The notes beneath the pieces are model-generated. The model was not told where the DNA came from and made no database searches. It was given only the letters and a program-made list of their open reading frames with translations. This document shows, piece by piece, positions 14,078 to 27,159 of a DNA stretch of 64,000 bases (position 1 is the first letter of the stretch; each line of letters starts with the position of its first letter). The translations under genes and the position numbers were made by a program. The DNA lies in NCBI RefSeq assembly GCF_036321535.1, contig NC_087437.1, positions 43,030,001-43,094,000 on the forward strand, given 5' to 3'. This DNA is from Camelus dromedarius (lineage: Eukaryota).

Positions 14078-17000
14078 GTAATATTGTAGTACTATATACC
14101 CAAGTGTTCTTGTCAAGTTTTGGTACCAAGATTATGTAGTGCTCATAAAATGAATTAGGAAGTGTTCCACACTTTTCTATTAACTGAAAGAGTTTTTAAA
14201 AGATTGACATTATTTATTCCTTAAATGTTTGGTAAAATTCAACAGAGAAGCCTCTAAGCCTGTAGTTGTTCTGTAGTTTTTAGGTTTTTTTTTTTTAAGA
14301 TTTTTAATTACTAATTCGATTTTTAAAATAGACATGGGACTGTTCAGATTTTCTGCTTTCTCAATCACTTTTAGTAAGTTGTTTATTTCAAGCAGTTTGT
14401 TTATTTTACTTATTGGCATTAATTTCACATTTTAACATCTTTCTTCTATTATCTGAAAGATATTTTTATCGATCTTTCCTCTTTCATTCATGAGATTAGT
14501 AATTTATGCCCCCTTATTTTTCTTGATCAGTCTTTCTAGGTGTTTTTCCAATGCTATTAATCTTTAATTAAAAGCAGCTTTTGGTTTTGTTAGTATTTAA
14601 TTGTTTCTTTGTGTATATATATATACACATATATTTTTGGAGTTTATTTGTTCTCTTTTTTCTAACGTTAATTTATGGCTGTCAATTTCTGTCTAAACGT
14701 TGTTTTAGCTGCAGCTCACAAATTTTGATATTTTATCACTTTATTATCATTTAGTTAAAATATTCTCAAAATTACCTTGTGATTTGTTCTTTGATCAATG
14801 TGTTTTTAAGAGGTTGTTTTTAATTTCCAAATTTATGAATTTTTTAAAGACTTTTTTGCTGTTGATTTCTAAGAATTAATTGTGGTCAGAGAAAGTACTC
14901 TTTTTGATTTTCATATTTAAAGATGTTAAAACGTATTTTGTGCCTCAGCATATGTAATATCTTGGTAAATGTTCCATGTGCATTTTTGTTTGAAGAGGTA
15001 TAAATATCCATTAGTTAAGATGGTTGATATCTTTATTCAGATTTTCCATAGACTTGTTGATTTTTTAGCCTACTTGTTTATTGGTTGTTGAGAAAGTAGT
15101 GATAAATTCTCTAAACATAATTGTGAATGCCCTTACTTCTCTCTGAAAAAGATTTTGAAGCCCATTTATTATTTGCATACATACTCAGTTGTTGTATCTT
15201 CCTGATTAATTGACTTTTTATCATTATGAAATGTTATTTTTTTGTATCAAAAATTTTTATCTTAGTCCATTTTTATGGTATTACGATAGCCACACCAGCT
15301 CTCTTGTAATTGGGATTTGCATGACACATGTATTTCTATCTTTTTATTTTTAACTTATTTGTGTCTTTATATTTGAAGTGTGACTCTTGCACACAGTATA
15401 TAACTCATCTCACCTTTTTATCTAATTTTATAGTCTGGTCTTTGAATTGTTTAATCCATTTATATTTAATATAATTATATATAGGATTGTGTTGAAGTTT
15501 CCTGTTTTTTGCTTACCCTGTCTAATCTTTTTTTTATTTTGTTTCTGCTTTTTATATTCTTTGAATTAATTGAGTGTATTTCAAAATTCCATTTTGTATT
15601 TTCTGTTAAAGTATTAGCTAAACTCCTTTTATTTTATTCATTTGGTGATTGCTTTAGAAATTATGACATGAATTATTAACTCATCAAAATCTACCTTAAA
15701 TTAAGTGTTTGTTACTTACCACTTTACAGAGCCCCCTCCTTTGTATTTTGTTCGATTGCTGTCATTTATTTCTGTATTACTAACCCCATGATACTTGGTT
15801 ATCACTTTGCTTTAATTGTTTTTTGAACAAATTGAGAAATATCTGAAACTGTAACCCAATACCCTCCTACTTCCAATACTATAAGATCAAAAAGGCAGAG
15901 GCAGCACTCAGTGGTAGTTGGTATACCCAACTGCAGATAAATTGAATCTAATTAAATGTGGTCAGTTCCGCCTGCAAGGTGGTGAAAGAGTGCTCCATCG
16001 CCATAACTACCAGGGGGAGGAAAGAGCTTGCATTTTTAGAAATTTGGGTTTATTTTTGGATTGACCCCTAGCAAAGCCCTAAATCTAAGAGGCTGGGAAT
16101 ACTAGGAGATCCCTCAACTTTCAGCCCCTCCTGCATTGCTGCTTTCTTAGAAAAAGCCAGGAGGGAAGAACTGATGGCCCAAATAATTTGCTCTAGCCTT
16201 TGGATCTCTTTCAGCTACATTTACAACCTACACTGTGATCTGAAACATGGCTGACTTGACATTGTCCCTGATAAGTCTGTCTACGGAAGACTTACTCTCT
16301 CTGCCCAGATCAAGCACTTAGCCCAGCACAGAAACTGCTAAACTCTTGACTCACCTGTTAAATACTTGTTCTTGTCTGGAATTTGATTCATCAAGACTTC
16401 CTAGCATCTACTCTGCTTCACTAACCACACAGAATATTATGATTTTTTATTTGTTCAGTTTTTCTGTATTATTATCATGGTAATGAAGGGGTTTTGCACT
16501 CTTCTACATCCTGTTTGGAAGTAGAAGACTCACCAGGAAGTAAATACTTTAAATCCACACACACACACTGTCTCTACGTATAACTAGAGGTAGTGATATA
16601 TAGAGAGATAGAGACTTAGACATAGATTTAAATAAAGGTTTTAGCTTAATATGTTTTATGTTCTATAAATGCTAGAAAGCTTTTTATATATATATTTTAT
16701 ATGGCTAGTTAAATGAGAGATATATATTAGTAGATTTTAAAATAGTATATGAAATATTATTTCTCATGAGGAGAATACATCTGATCATTAATAAAAGACA
16801 TTAAAGTATATTATTAGTTGACTTCAGTGATAACATTACTTTGTCTAGGTCAACTTTACAGTAAATTTAAGCATTATGACTTTCCTTACAGCCCTAGAAA
16901 TGTAGAATTATAATAAGGAAATTGAGAAAGAATGAAGGAAAAAGAAACAGGGAGAGAGAGCAAGGAGGAGGAGGAAAGAGGGGAGGGAGAGAAAAGGGAG

Positions 17001-18237
17001 GACAAACTGATTATTTACTACTGTAAATTTTTAAAAAATCAACAGAATGATTTTTTTCCCCATTGTTCAAATACTCACCAGTTTTAGATCACTGTTAGTT
17101 TTTCTGCAGACCTTTACATTTTGGACTAGATTCTTAGATGCATTCGAACATGTTAAAATTGCAGAGGTTTATAAAACTTCAGAAAGTTTTAGTTAGTTGC
17201 ATTGACCCCAAGATAAAAAGGCAAAAATTAGAAATGGTGAAATGTCTCAAGATTAACTAAAAATCCATAAAAATAACTTATATATGTGTGTGTATATATA
17301 CATGCATATATATTTTTTCATCTCTGGAAAACCCTTCACTTTAAGACTGTTTAGTCCTGGATATTCTTGGCTTTCACAAGATAATGCATCTATACTTTCT
17401 CATCATTTACATTGGTAATAAGGATAAAATATGTTGAAGAACACAGATTATGTACTGCTGTAAGCCACTTAGCTGAAAAATAAAGATATTAAAATATATA
17501 ACAATTTATCAGCTATTATCTATACAATAAGGTTTAGTTTTTGGTTTTGTTTTTTGTTTGTTTCATAGTCTTATACCAAAGAAAAGCTTAGACTGTTCCT
17601 GCCAAGAGTAGTCTAAAATAGCCCGGAACCAATAAGCACTTCCTTCTGGGCACAGAGTTCAGCCTCTGCAAAAAAGTCTCATTACTTGACAGGAACTTCA
17701 GATGGTCTTCCTGACACTCAGCTTAAGGATGACTGCCCTCTAGGAAGGCTGTCGTGGGGTCCTACTCTAGCAGTCAAAACATCAGAAAGTTTCTGTGTGA
17801 GGAAGCATTGCCTTCACTTCCAGCCTCTTGTCTCTGCTCAGTGTACGTTGGTTGCTTGTATGATTGTGATGTTGACGTCTAAGATCTGCATTTTTCCCTT
17901 CAATGTTTTCCTGCTCTTTGTTTTCAAATCTCATTGCCCCCTGGACCCTAGCTCAAAACTCCACCCAAAAGGTTTATTATCTTCTGGCAGAAACAGGGTA
18001 TAGGTCCTTACGGTTGTGGACACAACTCTTAACACCAAGATGCCCTGAGGGCCACAAACAGCATAGGCGCTTCTACTTTCAATTTAGAAAACACAATAGC
18101 AGGCATTAAGTGTGTTTGGCAATAATATAAAATTAATTAAAAAGAGACCAAGTGCTACCTCGTAAGATAAATATTAGTTGAAGACTTTTCTCTGCAAAGG
18201 AAGTAAGACATTGTTCAAAATAAACATATTTATTACT

Positions 18238-18720
18238 TTACTCATTAACTGACTCATTGGATTATTAAATAATTCATTGAGTTCATATGACATATTAAGC
18301 ATTAAATTATAAGTTGTAAAAAATAGAGATTACTTGAGACATTCTATCTGTAAAGAATTAAACTATTTAGTAGGAGAGATGAAACATGTACATTAAAAAT
18401 ATAATAAAAGATATCATCTGCTGAGGGCTATAAAACATCATAGGAAAATGCTTTAATGGTCTAGTGTTTTAAAGTGGTGTGGCAAAAGGACTGAAGAAGT
18501 TGGGCCATGGAAAATCAGCACAGTTAGACTTTTCAGAGAAGGGGAAGGGTGATGACATTTCAGGCAGCAAAAAGAATATGAGCCACGAAATAAAGGCGAG
18601 CCATTAAGAGGTGTGCTCAAAGAATGAAAGGCATGCAATTTGACCAGATGCTAGTGTATATGGAGAGGGTGCAGCTGGAGATAATCCTAGAGAAGTGGAC
18701 CGGGATCAGATGTGTATATG
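18238..18720 (-). mobile_element. LINE-2 remnant
   Basis: ctcattaactgactcatt...aattcattgag tail followed by a purine-rich L2 body. Confidence 0.55.
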
Positions 18721-19194
18721 TGTGCGTGAATATGTGTCTTGGCAGTGGGGAATGCCGTTAAGTGGACTTAGTTCAACTGCTAAAGATAGGCATAACTAAA
18801 ATTTCTATAGCAACTTAAAGTTTACAAAATGCATTTATATATGTCATCTTATTTAATCTGCCCAGTAGTGGTCTTCACTCGTCACTCCTTGGTCTCCTTT
18901 GCTGGTTACTCCGCTTCACCTAGACATTTTAACACTGGAGTGCTTTGAGGTTCGGTTATTGGTTCTCATCCTGTGTTTACACTCACTCCTATTTCGTTCA
19001 GTCTCATGACTGAAAATAGCATCCATGTGCCATAGTTTTTCAAAGCTGCATCTCTATTCCAGGAAGTTCTTCTGAATTCCAGATTTCTATATAGAGACAC
19101 AAGTCAGTACTGCCTACTGGACATGCCGTCAAGATGCCTAATAAACTTTACCTAAAATAGCCAAAGCTCCAACCTTTATCTCTTCACATCCTCC

Positions 19195-19223
19195 AAAAAC
19201 AAAAACAAAAACAAAAACAAAAA
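19195..19223. repeat. (AAAAAC)n tandem repeat
   Basis: aaaaac aaaaac aaaaac aaaaac aaaaa seen directly. Confidence 0.9.
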
Positions 19224-19290
19224 GCCTATTCCACCTGCAGCGCTCGCCACCTGAGATAGTGGGGATTCCACAGTTCCAGTCACTCAGGCT

Positions 19291-19853
19291 TGCAGTGTGA
19301 TGTGTTGCACTGATAGCGAAGCCTGCTTCCAGTCTGGGTTATCTGAGGACACGAGCTGGCCCCAGCACAGGCCTGCAGCTTTGCAGTCATCAAACACTGT
19401 GCTGTGAGAACACAGTGCGTCTGCCCAGAGTGAATCACTGTTAGATAAAAATTCGAAAACAACATGGGATCATTGACAATTTACGTGCATTTGCTGGTTG
19501 AAAAAACATCAACGGTACCTTGTAGACATACACCAAACTCACCTGAAAACCTACTGCATGAGAAATTCAGAAATAACAAGTACATCTGTAGGAAAAGCTA
19601 AGGGAAGTTAAATGTAGGTAAATGTGCACCAAAAGCCAAGGGGTGATTTAAATTTATCTCCTATCAAGAGACGTTTATTTACATCAAGTAGTAAAATTAT
19701 ATTACTGACAAGATAAGAAAAGCAACAGCTTAGTCCAATTCAGAGCCTCTGGCGTTCCCAGGGCTCCTTTTTCTCTCCAGTCTGTTTGTATCTCTTTGCT
19801 CTCAGATCTATACTTTACTGAGATCTTTGAAAATGTGATGATGTTATGCCACA
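19291..19853. mobile_element. 563-bp insertion with TG...CA termini, probable solo LTR of unassigned family
   Basis: Splits an L2 motif. Starts TGCAGTG, ends TGCCACA, flanked by aggct / aggtc (imperfect 5-bp duplication). Confidence 0.5.
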
Positions 19854-22800
19854 AGGTCACAGACCTTAGAGTCATCCTTGAGTAATTTCTTTCTTCCCCA
19901 TCCTCATATATTCAGGAAATCTTGGATCTACCTTCGAAATAAATGAGAATCCCACGCCTTTCTCATCACCTCCATTTCCCCGTTCCCCGGGTTATCGGTC
20001 TCTCCCATTCGAATTTCTGCAATTGGCTTCTCACTGGTCTTCCTGTTTCCACCCTTACCCTTCTACATCCACTTAGCGACAGACTAATTTTTTACAAAAT
20101 TAAACTTATTCTTCCACTCCTATGCTCAACATCCTGCAAGGGGGTCCCATTTCTTCCAGCATAATAGCCAAAATCCATACAATGGCAAATAAGATCCTTT
20201 GTGATCTGGTCCTCATTACCTGTCTGACTTACCTTCGGTCTCTTTCCTCTTTGTCTCTGCTCCAGCCGCGCTGATCTCATTCCTGCTCCATGAACAAACA
20301 TACCAGGCACACTAGAAACTTGCTATTCCATCCGTGTAGAATGTTTTTCTCCCCAAAAGAAGTTTATTTCTTCAAACACCTTCCACCTGTTGTAAACATA
20401 ATTTCTGTTAAATATCTCTGCAGTTTCTCTCTATGCTCTTTATAAACCTGAGTAAAGGGAGAATATAGGGATTTAGGATTAATAATGAAGAATGCAGATT
20501 TCTATTCGTCCTCCTTGTTCTAGTAGAAAGACATTACACAGAACTATGGTGGTCCTACTGAGAAATGAATGTTTAAGGATATCGCCCTTTGTTACTAATT
20601 GTGTGAAATCTGAGTAGTTCTCATCAGCATTTTCAGTTCTCTTCTCCATTCAGGGCCATGAGATTAAACTTCTGTGCCTTCTTGAAGTTTGATTGTCACC
20701 GCATAAATTACTTTGGCCATTTGAGAAGCTGTTAATAGATACACTGTTTGTCCATCTAAGAGCCAATGTGCAATTATCCATGCTTTCTTCTCCTTCATGA
20801 ATTCTGAGCTCATGAAGAGATAGCAGTATCATAAGATGGTTTAACCCTTATTCTCTAAACTCTTCAGTGACTATGAGGACCAGAATCTCTACTGAATCAT
20901 GTTGGACGCAGCATGCACAAGAAGTCAATCTTTATTGTTATAAATAACAGGGATTTTAAAGTTGTTATTTCAGCCTAACCTATCTTTTTTGAATAAACTG
21001 CTATTGTTTAAATTCATTTATCATGTTTACCAGGGTTACAAATGAAGAGTTCAGAAAGCTCACAGGAATTAATGAGGAAAATCTTTCATTCATTTAATAG
21101 GTATTAATCACCTCTGTTTTCAGGATACTGGGAATATAGTGAAAAGCAAAATGTCCTGTCTTCATAGAGCTGACAGTCTAGGAAAAGCTGGGGTCAGGTG
21201 TTGGGTAGGGAGAATTATGGTCGCAAACATCCTGCCAAAAGGGAAACCCAGCCCAGGGTGATGAGGATGAGGGACACAGGAGTGCAGGGCAAAGTTGGAG
21301 GGGATGTCATGCTGGGTTACAATCAGTGTAAGGTGGGGAGGTCAGCAGAGGACCATTTGATCTCAGTCCTGGGAGATGGGGAAGGTGGGCCCTGTGAGGG
21401 TGTGGAAGAGGGCAGGCAGCCAGGTGAAGAATACAAGAGAGTAGTCCACTCGAGGCCCCCCTAGTAGACTGAATAGAGGAAGATAGGCTGCCGGCTGCCT
21501 TACAGGTGGAGGGTGAGGCGGGCGCGAAGGCAAGAGCGAGTCTTCCGCGTTGGTGCGGCGTGGAAGTGGGAGGACAGGCTGCCTGAAAGTGACTGGGATT
21601 TGGAAGCGGAGCAGCGAAATTATATTTTCCAAACTAATAAATCTCACCACCTGGGCTGCTGAATTCCCACTTGTTCTGCTTCCCTGAAGCCAGGAAAAGA
21701 GCTAGAATGCATTTAGAAAGCTGGAGCCTTCTAACAATTATGATGGGCCTGGGGAAGGGTAGGTACTAAAAGATGGTGGAAGAAACATAGTCAGGTCAGA
21801 GGGATAGGTTTATTTTTCCGTTTGCACAGGGAAAAGGAGGGAAATTTTACTGTTACTGCAGAGAAAGGAGGAGCAGTTCCAGAAACATGATTTTGAGACA
21901 TGACTCTCCAAATTCCAAGTTATGTGTACCATCGCATAAAGATAATCTGATTCATACCGCTGCCAAGGTGCTTTGACAGAAAGACAATTTTAACAAACTT
22001 GACAATTTTAAATTCAGCAGAATTAATTGGAATGAAGATGGAGCAGATGTTGTAGTGAGACTTTTATTAAGACTATGGGTGTATGTATTGAAGAGCATTT
22101 CCTTTGAATGAAAGAAAACAATGCCAATTAAAGCTGTTTTATGCATATTAGAATTCAGTGAATTAAACTGATCTTTTCCATTAATTGTGAATAGAGAATT
22201 AATCCCTCACTATGTTCATCCTCTTCAAACTCAAAGCAAACAGAATTATTCATAGAGAAAGAAGAGGGGCTGAGAGTAGTGGGTTTATGTAAAGAATGGA
22301 CCATGAAGAGTGAGGTATAATGGAGAGACCTAAGCCTATAATTAATGGCACTGAGAGTGGCTGATGTCAGGCAGTTGTCACACAATAGTGCTTTATTATT
22401 TCAAATTAGTCCAGAGAGAACTTGAAAGTATCCATCAGCGTATCTTGTTATTAAATGGGTTAACTGATCCGCTTTCTGCGTCATGATTTCAATGGGAAAT
22501 AGCTTCAGGATGGAGATTGAAGCTACGGACTCTAGCTTCTCCCCTAGGCTTTTAATTGTTAGGCATTGTTGCCGACCTTCCCTCACCTCAACTTCAACAG
22601 CATTCAGACAAATTAGTTAATGATATGGGTTAGTAGGTCACCAAAACGTGTACAATTGAGTAAACCATATGCAAATCAAGACTAAATTATTTGGGAATTA
22701 AATAATGCTTGCAAAATTGGGTTCTTTAGTGACAACCATTAACAAAGTTCTGTAACCCTTAAATTTGGGAAAAGAATTTATTTTCTAAAATAGTATCACC

Positions 22801-25214
22801 CTCTGCCCTATTTTATATCTCATTAACTGCCACTCGACTTCCACACTTAGCCTTTCGGAAGTATTTTCCCCCAGCTTTCTCTATATCCCCGTCACATACA
22901 TGATAAAATATTTTCTTGTCTGGGTGCGGTGGACAGCCTCACCGCAGCACTTATCAATTTGACCAAAACCTCTGTATTTACTTGTGGGTCTCCATCCCTA
23001 GACTGCAAATCCTTTAAGGATCAACTGTTGCATAGACATCTCTTTAACTCTAGGGCTTGGTAGACCTCCTGGTACATAGTGTGTCTTCAAAATTTTGTTG
23101 CTTAAAAAGGAATGAACAAATGAAATGTAAAGAATTAAAATTTTCCTACATTTTGAAAGCTGAAAAAAGAGATCCTTTGTAAGTTAAATGCATACGGAAT
23201 TATTCTAATGTCATATAGTGTCATGAGGTAGAAGAAAAGGTTGCAATGAGTTTCACTCTGTGCCCCTGTAGAACCTTAGGAAATTCACTCAACCCATTTA
23301 TCTTTATCTGTTAAAAAAGATGATAATACTTATAATTCCTATTCCTCTTACCTACGCTAACCTTGCTTTGTGTTTAAGAGAATTGAATAATTGTCTGCGT
23401 GTGTGTGTTTGTGTGTGTGTAAATTCTGAAAACCATAGTGTGGTAAACATGTAAGTTTCTATCATTACTTTAAAAGTGGTCACCTATAAAATAGGATGAA
23501 TTAGAAAAGGCAGATTTATCAATTTCAGAACCCTTATTTAATATCAGGGTTGAGGGTATGACTGCATTTTACTATTCTAAACTGAATCAATTCTTTTGCT
23601 TTTAGGGGCACTCTTAATCTTTGTAAGTTTGAGATATTGATGGGAGAATAGAAAATTCTGTTGCTTTTTTCTTTTCAAAATTTAGTGTTCTAGGTTTATT
23701 AAAATATGTAAAAATAAGGTAAATCTCATTCAAATAAATCGAATTTTTTTATCTTGAAAATGTTTCAAATTCAAATGTTTGTGATTAAATTATAATTGAA
23801 ATCAGAGCACAAATTTAATTTTGAATACTGTTTCCCTCGCTTACATTGTATCTTGAACATTTTTCCCCACGTTGCTACATAGTTTCCTAGTAATACTTGT
23901 CAAGCATATTACCATATTTTACTTAAATATTCCAATGATTCTGGATATTTTGATTTTTGCTTATTTTACTGTTATAAATTATATTGCAAAGGAACATCTT
24001 TCCATTAATAAATTTTCTTTCTTTGGGGTTACTTCTTTAGATTAAATTTCTAAAGAAGAGATAATTAAATTACTGTGCTAAGTTTACTCTAGCAAACACC
24101 TGTAGAACAAAGGGGAAATATTTTACTTCTTAATAAAGAAATCTGTTGAGCATAAAAATCCTGAAGTTAAATTAAATTAATGACAGATAACAATTTGGGA
24201 TATTCAAGAAAAATCAAAACTATGAAACAACAACAACAATAATAAAAAATAAAAAAATAAATTTGGGAAATGAAGATAGCTTCAGAAGAAAAAAGAGTTT
24301 CCAGGACTTATTTCTTCACCACTCTGTGTTCATTTTCTCAGTACTTTTGCCTGAGGTGAAAAATGCAAAAATACAATACAAATGTTATGGGTCTTAAAAA
24401 GTGCAGTAAAATTACTCTCCAAAAGGATTTTACACTAATAATTTACTAGCTTATCCTATCAGTTTTGTGAGGATTTTGTGTACTATTGAAAATATGTTTT
24501 ATTAGACACAATTTTAGTAAAATTATTATATTGTTTACCTTAAAAGCAAAAGAAGTAAAAAAAAAAAGGGGGGGGGGGAAACCTGGGATTATGACCCTTC
24601 ATGTAAATGTTTCTTCACAATCTATTATGTATTAGTTCTTAAAAGGGAGGTTTTCACTTCAACTTTCAGTTTATGACTTAATCTGCTTAATCTGTAGCTA
24701 TGTGCATTTGGTTACTTCATTTCAATATTTAAATTCTATAAAAGCTCTTCATTCTCTTATGGGTATATTTTCAGAGAAGCCTGTTTTTGTTTTCTTAAAA
24801 CGGTAGTCCCTTGAATCTCATTAAGAGTAACAGGTTAAATGAAAAAAAAAATTCCTCTGTTTCCTTAAATATGTTTCCCCACAATGGTTTTCCTTCTTTA
24901 TTTTTTTTCCTATTTATTTATCTCTTCTTCTTCTTCTTCTTTTTTAATGCTATTGATTTTCCTCAAACGCTTGTCGTTTCTGATTTTCTGTTCAAATTTA
25001 TGAATAAAAGTTTAGACTGTTTAGTATCGGTATCTGGCAAGCTTTTTCTCTCATGGTAATGGAAAGTTTTAGAGCTGTGAATTAGGAGCTGCTGAGGATC
25101 ATGGCTGCTCTATTTTCTGGCAGTATCAGCAGCATCTGCAGCAAGTTCAAGTGAGACCCACTTCCAGGGAAGTATACCACATTGTCCCACATTCATGCTT
25201 TTCATAAAAAAGTT

Positions 25215-25750
25215 ACTTAGAAAATAGCTTGTATTTATTCTTGCATTTCTTTTTTTCTAACAAAATTTTTATTGTGACATTGAATGGGTTCAAAGTGTTG
25301 GTGAATACAGGTAGAAAAAGACAAGATTCTCTCCCTCAAAGAGGAATTAGTACAAGTGCAAGTGTGGTAAGAGAAATGGAGAAGCAAAGGTGGACTCAAA
25401 TTTATCCCTAACCCAGTTTGGGAGCAGGACCAGTGAGAGGTGGGATGGGGGTGGGTGGCCATAGTCTCTAGTGCTAACTAAAGTAAGATTTGGTGGATTT
25501 GTACAGGTAAGAAAGGTGAATTGTTTAGGAAAGAGGGCTTTCAAAGAGAGAACTTTCCAGACAAAAGAAGAAGTCAGTTGCTTAAGAAAGGGCATGGTGG
25601 ATTTGAAAACCATCAGTAGCTCAGCATGCCTAGAGAAGCAGTGTACAGCAGGTGCGATGCCTGGATAGGAGGACGGGTGACTGATCTAAAGGTGGTAGCT
25701 GAGGCTATCAACACCCACGTGATCTAGAAGACATTACACCATAGGGAAGA
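25215..25750 (-). mobile_element. LINE-2 remnant
   Basis: tttattcttgcatt...aacaaaatttttattg tail, then agacaagattctctccctcaaagag and a purine-rich body. Confidence 0.55.
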
Positions 25751-27075
25751 GGGAATTTGATTAGGAGTCAGGAGGCATGAAGTCACTAACTGAATGAGCT
25801 TTTGGACAAATCACTTGATTACTTCATGTCCTCATCTGTGAAGGGAGCAAGTGGTTTTCCAGTGGTGCTCCAAATTGCCCTCCTGGGGGGTGGAGGAGTG
25901 TAGTGGGCAGGGCTCTTGGTCCCCTGCAGCTTTTCTTCTACTACATCAGTTCTGTTTTTACCTGAGATATTGGCCTTACCATTTCATGTCATTTTTTTTT
26001 AAACTTACCTCCACCAAAAATATTTTGAAAGCTAAAAGACTAAACTACCTTTCTTCAATCATAAAAAAGGACAAATATTATCTGCCTTCTTGTTTCAAAA
26101 GGTTTTTATTTTATATGTCAAATAAAATTAGACATGCCAGAGTACTTAATACTTAAAGTACAGTCATCATATACATGATTGATATTTTTAAGGAAAATAC
26201 CACCTATACCATAAGGTGTTTCTGTGTACAAGAATATTTTATATTAAAGATAGTCTTGGCATGAAGGATCTGGTTATTTAATGGAAATACCCACCTTCTT
26301 ATATCACACTGTTCTTGGCTCAAGTTCCCTGACCAAGAAGTGAGATAAAAGTCTATGTACTGGGCAGTTTTCTCCATAGCTTTCAAGATGTATCAGAATG
26401 ACTTTTATTAAAATAAAAATTAATATTACTAAGCATTGTTCATTGGTAAGTGATGGTAATCTTGTATCTCAAGATGTTTCCTTGAGTTATTCATTCCCTC
26501 TACAAGTATGTATTAAGTTGAGATACTATATATGAAATAAAATATCTGCTGTTCATACTACATTTTTTACAAAGCTCTGGAGAGTAGGTTTAGGTGTTTG
26601 GTTTTTTATTGTTGGTGATGTTATTTTAATAGAGCATTTACAAAATCAATAAACTTTTCTCTTATTAATCATTCCCAGTGACAAAACTTAGACATGTGTT
26701 AGGTTAAGAGATCTTTCTCTTTCCAGAGTGAATAGAGGAAAGACTGAGGAAAAATCAATAATTCTGTCTTTCCACCAATGTAGCCATTTCAGTACTGCAG
26801 ATGAAGAAAGAGAAACTCAGCTGGAATAATGTCACTTACAGTGAACCCAGGAATTGAACCTGGATCATTCTGATAGCAAATCCTGAGCACATCTCTCCAT
26901 GCTAGGAAGGCCCAATTTAAATTTAATGTAGCAAAATATATTTAATAAAGTATACACTTAACATTATATATATTGTATTACATGTGTATTAAAAACAAGA
27001 GAAGTAGAAGGGGAGAGAGAAAGAGAATGAGAGAAGGAAGGACTTAGGCTATATTGAGAATTTATTCTCTTTTCT

Positions 27076-27115
27076 GTTATTGCTATTGTTGTTGTTGCTG
27101 TTGTTGTTGTTGTTG

Positions 27116-27159
<44 letters not shown>
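27076..27159. repeat. Compound (GTT)n(ATT)n trinucleotide microsatellite
   Basis: Interrupted GTT run to 27120 followed by about 13 perfect ATT units. Confidence 0.97.

Larger units (their letters stand above)
12975..15830 (-). mobile_element. Ancient L1 (L1M-type) 3' end and ORF2 remnant with internal deletions
   Basis: Minus-strand ORF 14210-14428 (AENLNSPMSILKIELVIKNL...) resembles L1 ORF2p ENLNRPITSKEIESVIKNL. L1 3'-region text cccattagcaatgcatgagagttccagttgctccacattcttgccaac near 13410-13457. Confidence 0.85.
18870..20345 (+). mobile_element. LINE-2 remnant interrupted by an insertion at 19291-19853
   Basis: L2 motifs gtctcctttgctgg, tgcctactggacat, ttccagtcactcagg...accttagagtcatccttga, ctcactggtcttcctgtttccaccct. 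Confidence 0.75.

Noticed and set aside
14210..14428. ORF resembling L1 ORF2p as a functional gene
   Set aside because: Short, frameshifted fragment of a decayed L1.
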